From Acidimicrobiia bacterium (GTDB taxonomy: Bacteria; Actinomycetota; Acidimicrobiia; IMCC26256; PALSA-610), in the NCBI GenBank assembly GCA_017882905.1, contig JADGOO010000060.1, forward strand, positions 7,316 to 71,315: a DNA stretch of 64,000 nucleotides, read 5' to 3'. Position 1 is the stretch's first letter. Every line of letters begins with the position of its first letter. Positions 34,976-45,804 of this stretch are shown piece after piece. The notes under the pieces were generated by a model. That model had not been told where the DNA came from, ran no database searches, and saw nothing but the letters and a program-made list of their open reading frames with translations. The position numbers and the translations under genes were made by a program.

Positions 34976-35839
34976 ATGCCGATCCGCGAGGAACGGGTCG
35001 CCGGCCTCGATGCACTCGGCGCCGCGACGCGTCTGCTGCATCGGGCGCGGCTCGCCGACGCCGAAACCGGCATCTGGGAAGCCGACGACCTCCAGTGGTG
35101 GTGGCGCACCCCGCGGCCCTCGGACACGATCGAGCAGTCCTTCTGGTTCGACGACGAAGGACCGGTCGCCGCGGCGATCTTCACCGACTGGGGTCGGTGC
35201 TGGGGTTTCGATCCGCTCGTGCTCCCCGACGCGTCGCCGCACCAGCGATCCGCGGTGTGGTCGCGTGGACTCGATCTGATCGACGCGCGGCAGCTGCCGT
35301 GCGTCGAGGTGCTCGCGCGCGACGACGACACCGACACGCGCCTGCGGCTCACGACCGCGGGGTTCGTCGCGACCGGCGAACGCTCGGGCACCACCTGGAT
35401 GCAGCCCGGAGCTCGACCAGCGGTCCCGGCGCTCCCCGACGGCTTCCGGCTCGTCGACCGAGCGCACGCCGAGGATCGGCCGCATCCAATGCGACCACGC
35501 AACGGCAACGATGTCGAAGGGCGCCTCCGCCAGTGCTCGCTGTACGACCCCGAGCTCGACGTCGGCATCGTCGCGCCCAACGGTGACAGCGCGGGCTACG
35601 CGCTGTTCTGGAACGACACGGTGACCGGCGTCGGTCTGCTCGAGCCGATGCGCGTCGAAGACGCGTACCAACGGCGTGGGCTCGCGCGCGCCTTGCTCGC
35701 GGTCGGGCTCGATCGTCTCGCGGCGCGGGGTGCAACGCGACTCAAGGTTGGGTACGCCACCGACGCGGCCCGCGACCTCTATGTGGGCGCCGGCTTCCGC
35801 ATCACCACGACGGACCAGACCTACCGGCGCCCCGAGTAG
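34976..35839 (+). CDS. GNAT family N-acetyltransferase
   Basis: The C-terminal half reads LLEPMRVEDAYQRRGLARALLAVGLDRLAARGATRLKVGY...LYVGAGF (acetyl-CoA binding Q/RxxGxG/A motif). Confidence 0.8.
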   Translation: MPIREERVAGLDALGAATRLLHRARLADAETGIWEADDLQWWWRTPRPSDTIEQSFWFDDEGPVAAAIFTDWGRCWGFDPLVLPDASPHQRSAVWSRGLDLIDARQLPCVEVLARDDDTDTRLRLTTAGFVATGERSGTTWMQPGARPAVPALPDGFRLVDRAHAEDRPHPMRPRNGNDVEGRLRQCSLYDPELDVGIVAPNGDSAGYALFWNDTVTGVGLLEPMRVEDAYQRRGLARALLAVGLDRLAARGATRLKVGYATDAARDLYVGAGFRITTTDQTYRRPE

Positions 35840-35912
35840 ACGCTCGTCGAAGTGGCCGCGGCCGAGTGGGCAGCAGCGAACGGCGGATCGAACGGCGGTA
35901 GCGTTGAGCGCG

Positions 35913-37637
35913 ATGGCCCGCCCCGCAGCGTCCGCTCGAGCGATCGCGGCGGCGCGGGGCGATGGCCCGGCCGACCTGCTCATCACCGGCGGTCGCGTGT
36001 TCGCCGCACCCACGCGCGAGTGGATCGCCACCGATCTCGCCGTGTGCGACGGCGTCGTGGTCGGCTGGGGTCCCCGCGATGCGATCGAGACCGTCGACGT
36101 GGCCGGCGCCGCGCTCACACCGGGCTTCATCGACGCGCACATGCATCTCGAGTCGACGAAGCTCTGGGTCGACGAGTTCGTGCGCGCCGTGCTGCCGCAC
36201 GGCACCACGGCAGTGGCCGCCGATCCCCATGAGATCGCCAACGTCTTCGGGGTTGCCGGCGTGGCCGCGCTCGCCGCGGCGGCCGCGCCGCTGCCGTTCA
36301 CGTTCGGCATCTGCGCGTCGAGCTGCGTGCCCGCGTCGCCGTTCGAGAGCCCCGGCGCCGAGCTCCACGCGGCCGACGTGCGCGAGCTCCTCGACGAGCA
36401 CGGCGCGATCGGCGTCGCCGAGGTCATGAACTTTCCCGGCGTGATCGCCGCCGACCCCGAGGTGATGGCGAAGATCGCCGCGGCCGGCCATCGCCGTGTC
36501 GACGGTCACGCGCCCGGTCTGTCGGGCAACCGACTCGACGCCTACCTCGCGGCCGGCGTCGAGTCGGATCACGAGTGCACCACCCTCGCCGAAGCCGAGG
36601 AGAAGCGCCGCAAGGGCATGTGGGTGTTCGTGCGCGAGGGCTCGGCGAGCAAGAACCTCGTGGAGCTGATCCCGATGGTGTTGCGCGGTGGCGTCGATCT
36701 CGTCGCGCTGTGCACCGACGACCGCGAACCCGACCTCATCCGCGATCGCGGGCACATCAACGATTGCGTCCGCCTCGCGGTGGAACACGGCGTGCGCCTG
36801 GAAGATGCGCTCGTGCTCGGATCGATGCACGTGGCGGAGTACCACAACTTCCACCACCTCGGTCAGCTTGCACCCGGCTATCAGGCCGACATCTGCGCGT
36901 TCAGCGACCTCGCGTCGCTCGAGCCCGACCGGGTGTGGCAGCGCGGCCGACTCGTGGCGCGCGGCGGCGACATCGTGACCGGGGCCGTGCCCACTTCGCC
37001 GGCCCCCGCCTGGATGCTGCGCTCCGTGCACCTCGCGCACGTGCCCACCGCCGCGGCGCTCGACCTGGCTCCGCCCACCGACGGTGTGGCGCGCGTGATC
37101 GGGCTCATCGCCGGTCAGCTCGTCACCCGCCATCTCGTCCTCGACGTCACCGCGCCCGACATCGACGTGGCGCGCATCGGCGTGCTCGAGCGTCACCACC
37201 GAACCGGGCGCGTGGGGCTCGGTTGGGCGAGCGGCTTCGGCCTGCGCCGCGGCGCGATCGCCTCGACCGTGGCCCACGATGCCCACAACTGCATGGTGGT
37301 GGGCACGCGCGACGCGGCGGGGCCCGCCGACATGGCCGCCGCGGTGGCTCGCCTCGCCGAGCTCGGCGGCGGGCAAGTTGCGATGCTCGACGGCAAGGTG
37401 CTCGCCGAGATCGCACTCCCGATCGGCGGACTCATGTCGGATCGCACCGCGAGCGACGTGGCCTCGGGCATCGCCACGGTCACCGCCGCCGCGCACACCC
37501 AGCTCGGCATCACGATCCCCGCACCGTTCATGCAGCTGTCGTTCCTCGGCCTCTCGGTGTTGCCGCAGCTGCGGCTCACCGATCTCGGCCTGGTCGACGT
37601 CGACGCGTTCGCGCTCACCGACGTCGCCGCGCACTGA
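35913..37637 (+). CDS. ade: Adenine deaminase
   Basis: DLLITGGRVF...LTPGFIDAHMHLESTK...TTAVAADPHEIANV...GHAPGLSG...ESDHECT. Start ATG 35913 is inferred. Confidence 0.9.
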   Translation: MARPAASARAIAAARGDGPADLLITGGRVFAAPTREWIATDLAVCDGVVVGWGPRDAIETVDVAGAALTPGFIDAHMHLESTKLWVDEFVRAVLPHGTTAVAADPHEIANVFGVAGVAALAAAAAPLPFTFGICASSCVPASPFESPGAELHAADVRELLDEHGAIGVAEVMNFPGVIAADPEVMAKIAAAGHRRVDGHAPGLSGNRLDAYLAAGVESDHECTTLAEAEEKRRKGMWVFVREGSASKNLVELIPMVLRGGVDLVALCTDDREPDLIRDRGHINDCVRLAVEHGVRLEDALVLGSMHVAEYHNFHHLGQLAPGYQADICAFSDLASLEPDRVWQRGRLVARGGDIVTGAVPTSPAPAWMLRSVHLAHVPTAAALDLAPPTDGVARVIGLIAGQLVTRHLVLDVTAPDIDVARIGVLERHHRTGRVGLGWASGFGLRRGAIASTVAHDAHNCMVVGTRDAAGPADMAAAVARLAELGGGQVAMLDGKVLAEIALPIGGLMSDRTASDVASGIATVTAAAHTQLGITIPAPFMQLSFLGLSVLPQLRLTDLGLVDVDAFALTDVAAH

Positions 37638-37664
37638 CCCTGCGCCCGCGTCAGCCGGCGTGCG

Positions 37665-39614
37665 TCACGTCGCGCCCGACGCCGCGCTCTCGTCCGGTGC
37701 CGACATCGCAGCCGAGGCATCAACGTCTTGTTGCGCGAACTGCGTGTGGTACAGCTCGGCGTACAGGCCCTCGGCTTCGAGCAGCTCGGCGTGCGTGCCC
37801 CGCTCCACGATGCGACCCTCGGCGAGCACGAGGATCATGTCGGCTTGCCGCACGGTCGAGAGCCGGTGCGCGATCACGAGCGACGTGCGCCCCGACAACG
37901 CGGTCGCGAGCGCCATCTGCACCGCCACCTCCGACTCGGAGTCGAGGTGCGCGGTCGCCTCGTCGAGCACCACGATGTCGGGTGCCTTGAGCAGCAACCG
38001 GGCGATCGCGATGCGCTGCTTCTCCCCGCCCGACAGCCGGTAGCCGCGATCACCCACAAGCGTGTCGAGCCCATCGGGCAACGACTGCACGAGCGGCAGG
38101 ATCTGGGCGGCGTCGAGTGCCCCCAGTAGGTCGTCGTCGGTCGCGTCGGGCTTGGCGTAGCGAAGGTTCGAACGGATCGACTCGTGGAACAGGTGCGAGT
38201 CCTGGGTGACCACGCCGATCGCGGCGTGCAACGACGCCAGCGTGGCATCGCGCACGTCGATGCCGTCGATCCGGATCGCACCCTCGTTCACGTCGTAGAG
38301 ACGCGGCACGAGGTTGCTGATCGTGGTCTTGCCTGCACCGGACGGGCCGACGAGCGCGATCAGCTGGCCCGGTTCGGCGCGGAACGACACGTCGAACAGC
38401 ACCTGGTTCGACGGCGCTTGCTCGAGGATCGCCACCGACTCGAGCGAGGCGAGCGACACCTCCTCGGCGCGGGGGTACCGGAACTGCACGTGCTCGAACT
38501 CGATCGTGGCCGGACCACGCGGCACCGTGACCGCGTCGGGCTTCTCGGCGATCATCGACGGCAGGTCGAGGACCTCGAACACTCGATCGAACGACACGAG
38601 CGCGGTCATCACGTCGACCTGCACGTTCGACAGCGCGGTGAGCGGCGCGTAGAGCCGCCCGAGGTAGGCCGTGAGCGCCACGACGGTACCGACGCCGAGT
38701 GAGCCGTGCACGGCGAGCACGCCGCCCCAGCCGTAGACGATCGCCGTGGCCAGCGAGGCAGTGAGGAGCAGCGCAGCCATGAACACCCGCGTGTACATCG
38801 CCTGCGTGATGCCGATGTCGCGCACACGGGCGGCTCGTTGCTCGAACACGGCCCGTTCGTCATCGGGGTTCCCGAACAGCTTCACGAGCAGGGCGCCGGC
38901 CACGTTGAAGCGCTCGGTCATCGTGGTGTTCATCACCGCATTCAGGCCGTACGACTCACGGGTGAGCGATGCGAGCCTGCGACCGACCCAGCGAGCCGGA
39001 ACGACGAACACCGGCAGCAGCAGCAACGCCACGAGCGTGATCTGCCATGACAGGATGAACATCGCCGTGAGCGTGACGGTGACACCGATGAAGTTGCCCA
39101 CGACCGACGACATCGTGTCGGTGAACGCCTGCTGCGCGCCGAGCACATCGTTGTTGAGGCGCGTCACGAGCGCGCCCGTCTGCGTGCGGGCGAAGAACGC
39201 GATCGGCATCTGCTGCACGTGCCCGAACAGGCGCGCCCGAAGATCGAAGATGAGACCCTCGCCGATGCGGGCCGACACGTACCGCTGGAAGAGCGAGAGC
39301 ACCGCGTCGAGCACGGCGAGACCGGCCACGACAAGTGCGAGCACCTCGATGAGACCGGTGCGGTGCTTGAGGATGCCCTGGTCGATGATCGCTCGCAGGA
39401 TCAACGGGTTGGCGGCGCCGAGCACGGCATCGGCCGTGATCAGCAGCAGGAACGACAACAACAGCCGGCGGTACGGCCGGGCGAAGGTCATGATCCGGCC
39501 GAAGAGTCCCTTCGGCAGCTTGTACCGCGTGACGTCTTCGTCACGGCGCATCGAGCGCATCAGGCCCCAGCCCGCGGCGCCCCGGCCACCTCCGTGGCCC
39601 ATTCCCATCGTCAT
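37665..39614 (-). CDS. ABC transporter, fused permease/ATP-binding exporter (MsbA/MdlB type)
   Basis: Six-TM N-terminal domain. Walker [10 protein letters not shown], signature [16 protein letters not shown], Walker [13 protein letters not shown]. Confidence 0.93.
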   Translation of the reverse strand: MTMGMGHGGGRGAAGWGLMRSMRRDEDVTRYKLPKGLFGRIMTFARPYRRLLLSFLLLITADAVLGAANPLILRAIIDQGILKHRTGLIEVLALVVAGLAVLDAVLSLFQRYVSARIGEGLIFDLRARLFGHVQQMPIAFFARTQTGALVTRLNNDVLGAQQAFTDTMSSVVGNFIGVTVTLTAMFILSWQITLVALLLLPVFVVPARWVGRRLASLTRESYGLNAVMNTTMTERFNVAGALLVKLFGNPDDERAVFEQRAARVRDIGITQAMYTRVFMAALLLTASLATAIVYGWGGVLAVHGSLGVGTVVALTAYLGRLYAPLTALSNVQVDVMTALVSFDRVFEVLDLPSMIAEKPDAVTVPRGPATIEFEHVQFRYPRAEEVSLASLESVAILEQAPSNQVLFDVSFRAEPGQLIALVGPSGAGKTTISNLVPRLYDVNEGAIRIDGIDVRDATLASLHAAIGVVTQDSHLFHESIRSNLRYAKPDATDDDLLGALDAAQILPLVQSLPDGLDTLVGDRGYRLSGGEKQRIAIARLLLKAPDIVVLDEATAHLDSESEVAVQMALATALSGRTSLVIAHRLSTVRQADMILVLAEGRIVERGTHAELLEAEGLYAELYHTQFAQQDVDASAAMSAPDESAASGAT

Positions 39615-39688
39615 GCGTCGGTACCTCGTCGAACGCGGCTCATCAGCTCTCGGTCTACCCGACCCGCAGGCGCCCAGCCGACGCGGAG

Positions 39689-40384
39689 GTGGCCATCACC
39701 GCACGTCCGCGTGCCGTGCCGCACAATGAGGCGATGCCGCGCACCAGCCCGCCCCGAACAGTCACCGAACGGACCCGGCTGCTCGTGGTGGCGCCGCTCG
39801 GCCTGGTCGCCGGTGGCATTGCCGCGATCGCGGCGCCCTGGCAGCTCGCGGTGCTCATCGGCTGGGACATCGCCGCGACCACCCTCTTGGTGTGGGTGTG
39901 GGTCACGATCGGCCGAACGGACGGTCCGCAGACGCGTGCGCTCGCGCTCAGCGAGGACAACAGCCGCACCGGGTCGTGGTTGGTGCTGCTCGGCGCTGCC
40001 GTGTTCAGCCTTGTCGGCGCCGTGTTCGCGTTCGTGCAGGGCAACAACTCGACCGGCGCGCTGAAGGGCGTGCTCGTCGGCGGGTGCGTGCTCACGGTGG
40101 CGGTGTCGTGGGTGGTCGTGCACACGGTGTTCACGTTGCGCTACGCGCACCTCTACTACAGCGACGACGTGGGCGGCATCGACTTCGGTCAGGACATCAC
40201 ACCCGACTATCACGACTTCGCGTACGTCGCGTTCACAGTCGGTGCGACGTTCCAGGTCTCCGACACCGACGTCACGCACCGCGACATTCGCCACGCGGTG
40301 CTGCACCACGCCTTGCTCTCCTACCTGTTCGGCGCCCTGATCGTCGCGTTCACGATCAACGCCGTCGCCGGCCTCGCCAAGTAG
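39689..40384 (+). CDS. DUF1345 domain membrane protein
   Basis: [17 protein letters not shown]...[33 protein letters not shown] at 39734 (MPRTSPP) is an alternative start. Confidence 0.8.
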   Translation: MAITARPRAVPHNEAMPRTSPPRTVTERTRLLVVAPLGLVAGGIAAIAAPWQLAVLIGWDIAATTLLVWVWVTIGRTDGPQTRALALSEDNSRTGSWLVLLGAAVFSLVGAVFAFVQGNNSTGALKGVLVGGCVLTVAVSWVVVHTVFTLRYAHLYYSDDVGGIDFGQDITPDYHDFAYVAFTVGATFQVSDTDVTHRDIRHAVLHHALLSYLFGALIVAFTINAVAGLAK

Positions 40385-40419
40385 GGCGCTCGCCGGCCGC
40401 GGGCCGGGCCCGGCGGCCG

Positions 40420-41097
40420 TCAATCGGCGAGGTCGTCGTCGCGCAGGTCGAACAGGTGCAGACTCTCGAGCGCCGCGCCCGGTTCGCCCTGCCAGCGTGC
40501 GCTCGTCATCTGGGCGCGGCTGCGCCGACCGAAGATCATGCGCAAGATCTCGTCGTCGGCGGTCGAAAGCATGGCGATCGGTTCGCCGGCGCCGACCACG
40601 ACGTCGTTGTTGGCGGTGACCACGCGCACCGCCGGGCGGCCCGGACCTTGCGCGCGTTCGGCCATCGTGTGCAAGGCGCGACCAGCGAGCACCGCGGCGC
40701 GCTCGTCGGCGGGTCGGGGACACTCGAGCGCGCCCATGAGGTCGCGTTGATGGGTCCAGATGTCGAATGCGGGGAAGAGTGGTGCCGCGTCGCCCTGGGC
40801 GCGCAGCAGCGCATCGAGCTCGGCGCCGCGCGCCGACCATTCCGCCGTGATCGCAGCGAGATCGTCGGTGGCCCGCTCCGCGATCTGGCGGGCCGTCCAG
40901 CCGGGCGAGCCACCACCCTCCATGCGGCCGTCGAGCACGTCGGCGCACACTCCGGTGAGGTGCGCGTAGACGTCGCGCACGCACCAGCCGGGCGTGGACG
41001 GCACCGCGACCGTGGCCTGATCGATACTCAACCGACCGGCCAGGTCGATCAGCTGGAAGCGGGTCTGCGCGTAGATCTGCGAGATCTCCATCGACAC
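40420..41097 (-). CDS. Maleylpyruvate isomerase family mycothiol-dependent enzyme (DinB-like)
   Basis: VPSTPGWCVRDVYAHLTG...GWTARQI is the typical MDMPI_N / TIGR03083-type N-terminus. Confidence 0.8.
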   Translation of the reverse strand: MSMEISQIYAQTRFQLIDLAGRLSIDQATVAVPSTPGWCVRDVYAHLTGVCADVLDGRMEGGGSPGWTARQIAERATDDLAAITAEWSARGAELDALLRAQGDAAPLFPAFDIWTHQRDLMGALECPRPADERAAVLAGRALHTMAERAQGPGRPAVRVVTANNDVVVGAGEPIAMLSTADDEILRMIFGRRSRAQMTSARWQGEPGAALESLHLFDLRDDDLAD

Positions 41098-41100
41098 ACG

Positions 41101-41526
41101 CTACGAGGCCGGCGTGCCCCCTGGCGTTGCGATGAGCGCCGCGCCGATGGCGTCGATCTTCTCCTCGAGGCGATGCAGGTCGGCTTCGGCGCTGATGGCC
41201 ACGCGCAGCGCCTCTTCATCACGCAGCCGGTCGCGTTCCGCGCCCCGCCGTTGAGCCAACAAGATGAGCGGGCCCTGCATCGCGGCCAGCGTGGCGAGCG
41301 CGGCACTCAACACCGCGAAGATGATCACCGGATACGGCGAAAAGGGTTCGGCGGCCACGTTCCACACCACCCATGCCGCGACGAGGCCGAGCACGGTCGC
41401 CGGGAACCACCACGACGCAACCACATCGGCGATGCGCATCGCGAGCAGCTCGCCGCGGCTCGTCTCCGGCGGCTGCCACACGCTGAGGTCGTGACCGCAT
41501 TGCGGGCACTGCAGATCGCCGTCCAT
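41101..41526 (-). CDS. DUF1003 domain membrane protein with N-terminal CxxC element
   Basis: CPQCGH at the N-terminus. WWFPATVLG...PFSPYPVIIFAVLSAALATLAAMQGPLILLAQRR, then a coiled C-terminus. Confidence 0.8.
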   Translation of the reverse strand: MDGDLQCPQCGHDLSVWQPPETSRGELLAMRIADVVASWWFPATVLGLVAAWVVWNVAAEPFSPYPVIIFAVLSAALATLAAMQGPLILLAQRRGAERDRLRDEEALRVAISAEADLHRLEEKIDAIGAALIATPGGTPAS

Positions 41527-41639
41527 CGTCGCCTCCGTGGTTCCGTCGTCGGCTCGCGCACGGATCGTACGATTCCCTGGGATGCGGCGCGCAGGTACGG
41601 GATACGTGGCCAGAGGTCACGGCGAGCGGAGGTCAAGCG

Positions 41640-44600
41640 ATGAGTGAGCAACGCGCGGGTCATGAGCCAGGTTCGGTGCACGACGACCGCGCCGAAGCCA
41701 GGCCCTCGATCGCAGCATCGCTGCGAGCATCGATCGAGCGCTGGCCCGTGCTGCGTCAGCTGCGCGGTGATCTCACCGGCCGTGGTGCCGCCGTCACGTC
41801 GCCCGGCACCGACGCGCGCCGTCCCCGCACCGAGACCGCTGATCGAGTGGCCCGCTCCGTGTGCCCGTACTGCGCGGTCGGTTGCGGCCAGCTCGTGTAC
41901 GTGCGCGACGAGCAGGTCATCCAGATCGAAGGCGACCCGGCCAGCCCGGTGTCGCGTGGCCGGCTGTGCCCGAAGGGATCGGCGTCGAAGAGCCTCGTCA
42001 CGAGCCCGTCACGCGTGCAGACGGTGCAGTATCGCCGGCCCTACGGAACCGAATGGGAACCGCTGTCGCTCGACGCCGCGATGGACATGATCGCCGATCG
42101 CGTGATCGCGACCAGGGCCGCCACATGGCAGGACACGACCACCGACGTCGACGGCAACGTGCTCGGGCTGCACCGAACGCTCGGCGTCGCATCGCTCGGC
42201 GGCGCCACGCTCGACAACGAGGAGAACTACCTCCTGAAGAAGCTCTTCACCGGTCTCGGCGTGGTCGGCGTCGAGAATCAGGCGCGCGTCTGACACAGCT
42301 CCACCGTCCCCAGTTTGGGGACATCGTTCGGTCGGGGCGGCGCCACCGACTTCCAACAGGATCTCGCCGAGTCGGATTGCATCTTGATCATGGGCTCGAA
42401 CATGGCGGAGAACCATCCCGTCGGGTTCCAGTGGGTGATGGAGGCCAAGGCACGGGGCGCCACGGTGTTCCATGCCGACCCGCGCTTCACGCGCACGAGC
42501 GCGATGGCCGACCGCTACGTGCCGTTGCGTGCCGGCTCCGACATCGCGTTCCTCGGCGGCATCGTGCACTACATCCTCGAGCACGAGCGGTGGTTCGACG
42601 AGTACGTGAAGGCATACACGAACGCACCCGTCCTGATCAAAGACGGCTACGCCGACACCGAAGACCTCGACGGCTTCTTCTGCGGTTGGGACGCCGAGAA
42701 GGGCGCGTACGACAGCACCGCCTGGGAGTACGCCGGCACGAGCATGAAGAGCGCCGCCGGCCAACGTTCGCAAGGCGGGGTGCGCGGGAACCAGGCTGGT
42801 CACGGCGGCGCCGCGGGCGACTTCGCATCGGGCGACGCACCCGAGCTCGACGAGACTCTGCAAGATCCGCGCTGCGTGTTCCAGCTGCTCCGCAAGCACT
42901 ACCAGCGCTACACGCCGGAGATGGTCGAGCAGGTCTGCGGTACCCCGAAGGCCGACTTCGAACGGCTGTGCGAAGCGCTGTGCGACGCGTCGGGCCGCGA
43001 GCGCACGGGTGCGTTCGTGTACGCAGTCGGTCTCACGCAGCACACCACCGGTGTGCAGACGATCCGCACCGCGGCGATCATGCAGCTGCTGCTCGGCAAC
43101 ATCGGTCGTCCAGGTGGCGGCATCATGGCGATGCGGGGCCACGCGTCGATCCAGGGCTCGACCGACATCCCCACCCTCTACGACATCCTGCCCGGCTACC
43201 TCCCGATGCCCCACGCGGCCGCGCATGACGTCCTTGCCGATTACGTCGAGACGAACGCCGCCCCGAACGGCTTCTGGGGCAACATGGATCGCTACATCGT
43301 CAGCCTGCTCAAGGCGTACTGGGGCGAACACGCCACCGCCGAGAACGACTACGCCTTCGGCTACCTGCCGCGCATCACCGGCGATCACTCCGTGTACCAG
43401 ACGATGCTCGACGCGCTCGACGGGAAGGTGCGCGGCTACTTCATCCTGGGCGAGAACCCCGCGGTCGGCTCCGCCAACGGCAAGCTCCACCGCCGCGCGA
43501 TGGCGAACCTCGAATGGCTCGTCGTGCGCGATTTCTCCTTGATCGAATCGGCCACGTTCTGGAAGGACGGCCCCGAGGTGGAGACCGGCGAGATGGCACC
43601 CGACGCGATCGCCACCGAAGTGTTCTTCCTTCCCGCGGCCGCCCACACCGAGAAGGAGGGCACGTTCACCAACACGCAGCGCATGTTGCAGTGGCGAGAC
43701 AAAGCCGTGGAACCGACCGGCGATCAACGGTCTGAGCTGTGGTTCGCGTACCACCTCGGACGGCGCATCCGGGACAAGCTGGCCGCCTCCACCGAAGCCC
43801 GCGACGAACCGATCCAGCGCCTCACGTGGGATTACCCCACGAGCGGCCCGCTCGATGAGCCCGACGCGGCCGCAGTGCTGCGCGAGATCAATGGATGGAA
43901 CGCGCAGCACGACCCGCTCGCGAGCTTCACCGATCTCGCGGCCGACGGCTCCACCGCGTGCGGCTGTTGGATCTACTGCGGCGTGTACAAGGACGGCGTG
44001 AACCAAGCGGCGCGCCGCAAGCCGCACTGGGAGCAGAACCGATTCGCGCTCGAGTGGGCGTGGGCGTGGCCCGCGAATCGCCGATTGCTCTACAACCGGG
44101 CGTCGGCCGATCCCGAAGGCCATCCCTGGTCGGAGCGCAAGAAGCTCACGTGGTGGGATGACGCGCAGGGCAAGTGGGTGGGCGACGACGTGCCCGACTT
44201 CGAGCTGACGAAGCCGCCGAGCTACCGCCCGGCTCCCGATGCGCGCGCCCAAGACGCGATCGCGGGCGACAAGCCGTTCGTGATGCAGGCCGACGGGCGA
44301 GGCTGGATCTTCGCGCCGGCCGGCATCATCGACGGGCCGTTGCCCACGCACTACGAGCCGCACGAGTCGCCGGTGCGAAACCCGCTGTACGGGCAGGCGA
44401 CGAACCCCACGCGCCAGCAGTACCAGCGACCCGAGAACCCGTACAACCCTTCGCGGGGTGCACCGGGAGCATCGTCGTATCCGTACGTGGTCACGTCGTA
44501 CCGACTCACCGAGCACCACACGGCCGGCGCCATGACCCGCACGCTGCCGTACCTGTCGGAGCTGCAACCCGAGCTCTTCTGCGAGGTGTCGCCGGCCCTC

Positions 44601-44948
44601 GCGGCCGAGCGCCGGCTCCGCCACGGCGAGTGGGCCACGATCATCACGGCCCGGGCTGCGATCGAGGCGCGCGTGATGGTGACGGATCGGATCGCGCCGC
44701 TCCAGGTGGATGGCCGTACGTCGCACGTCGTCGCCTTGCCGTACCACTGGGGCTACGAGGGATTGTCGAAAGGCGATGCGGTCAACGACTTGTTCGCGCT
44801 CGCGCTCGACGCGAACGTGCACATCCAAGAGGTCAAGGCGGCGAGTTGCGACATCCGGCCCGGGCGCCGACCGAGAGGTGCGGCGCGCCCCGCGCTCGTC
44901 GATTCCTATCCGCGTACCGAAGCACGTGAAGGTCGAGAAGCACAGTGA
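41640..44948 (+). CDS. fdhA: Formate dehydrogenase alpha (molybdopterin) subunit, selenocysteine-containing; in-frame TGA at 42291-42293 read as Sec
   Basis: ORFs 41640..42293 and 42315..44948 share one frame. The joined sequence reads ...CPYCAVGCGQLVYV...CPKG...VENQARV-U-HSSTVPSLGTSFGRGGATDF...IMGSNMAENHPV..., which matches FdnG/FdhA architecture. 1102 codons. Confidence 0.88.
42306..42322 (+). promoter_or_regulatory. SECIS-like hairpin 13 nt downstream of the in-frame UGA
   Basis: GTCCCCA-GTT-TGGGGAC forms a 7-bp stem, or a 6-bp stem with an AGUUU loop. G and U are in the apical loop. Confidence 0.5.
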
Positions 44949-44952
44949 CCAC

Positions 44953-45804
44953 ATGACGCCGGCCGACGCCCACGACACCTACGGCACGCGCGCGCGCGAG
45001 CGCGTCGGGTTCTTCACCGACACATCGATCTGCATCGGCTGCAAAGCCTGCGAGGTTGCGTGCAAGGAATGGAACCTCGTGCCCGAAGACGGGCTCGCGT
45101 TCACGGGATTCTCGTACGACAACACCGTGGAGCTCAGCGCGAACAGCTGGCGCCACGTGGCGTTCATCGAGCAGAGTGCCGAAGTCGGCCTCGCGCCGAA
45201 CATGGCGCCGGAGCGGGGCGACGTTCCACAAGCCGACTTCCGCTGGCTCATGGAATCCGATGTGTGCAAGCACTGCACGCACGCGGGCTGCCTCGACGTG
45301 TGCCCGACCGGCGCGATCCTGCGCACCGAGTTCGGCACCGTCGTCATCCAGGACGACGTGTGCAACGGCTGCGGCTACTGCGTGACCGGTTGCCCGTTCG
45401 GAGTGATCTCGATTCGCGAGATCGCGCACGACGGCGGCGCCCACAAGTGCACCCTCTGCTACGACCGTCTGCGGGGCGACCTCGAACCGGCCTGCGCGAA
45501 AGCGTGCCCGACGGGATCGATCCAGTTCGGGCCGCTCGACGAGCTGCGGGCCCGTGCGCGCGGACGCGTCGCCGATCTGCGCGACGCCGGTCACACGAAC
45601 GCGCGGCTCTACCTCGCGAGCGACGACGACGGTGTCGGGGGCGCGGGCGCGTTCTTCCTGTTGCTCGACGAGCCCGAGGTGTACGGACTCCCACCCGACC
45701 CGGTGGTGCCGACTCGCCATCTGCGGTCGATGTGGGCGTGGGCCGCGGCCGCGGCCGCCGCGCTCGCAGCCGCGTCACGGATCGCCGCGGGAGGCCGCCG
45801 GTGA
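44953..45804 (+). CDS. Formate dehydrogenase beta subunit (4x[4Fe-4S] ferredoxin-type, FdnH-like) with C-terminal hydrophobic helix
   Basis: CIGCKACEVACKEWN, CKHCTHAGCLDVCP, CNGCGYCVTGCP, and CTLCYDR...ACAKACP. C-terminal MWAWAAAAAAALAAA. Confidence 0.9.
   Translation: MTPADAHDTYGTRARERVGFFTDTSICIGCKACEVACKEWNLVPEDGLAFTGFSYDNTVELSANSWRHVAFIEQSAEVGLAPNMAPERGDVPQADFRWLMESDVCKHCTHAGCLDVCPTGAILRTEFGTVVIQDDVCNGCGYCVTGCPFGVISIREIAHDGGAHKCTLCYDRLRGDLEPACAKACPTGSIQFGPLDELRARARGRVADLRDAGHTNARLYLASDDDGVGGAGAFFLLLDEPEVYGLPPDPVVPTRHLRSMWAWAAAAAAALAAASRIAAGGRR

Noticed and set aside
38130-38200. GGTTCGAAC T-loop-like strings (also near 51010), checked as possible tRNA genes
   Set aside because: Both lie inside well-supported coding regions, and they lack matching acceptor, D and anticodon stems.
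42009-44978. 989-aa minus-strand ORF antisense to the formate dehydrogenase alpha subunit
   Set aside because: It is a shadow ORF. The plus strand encodes unmistakable molybdopterin-enzyme motifs, and the minus-strand translation is Arg-rich and featureless.
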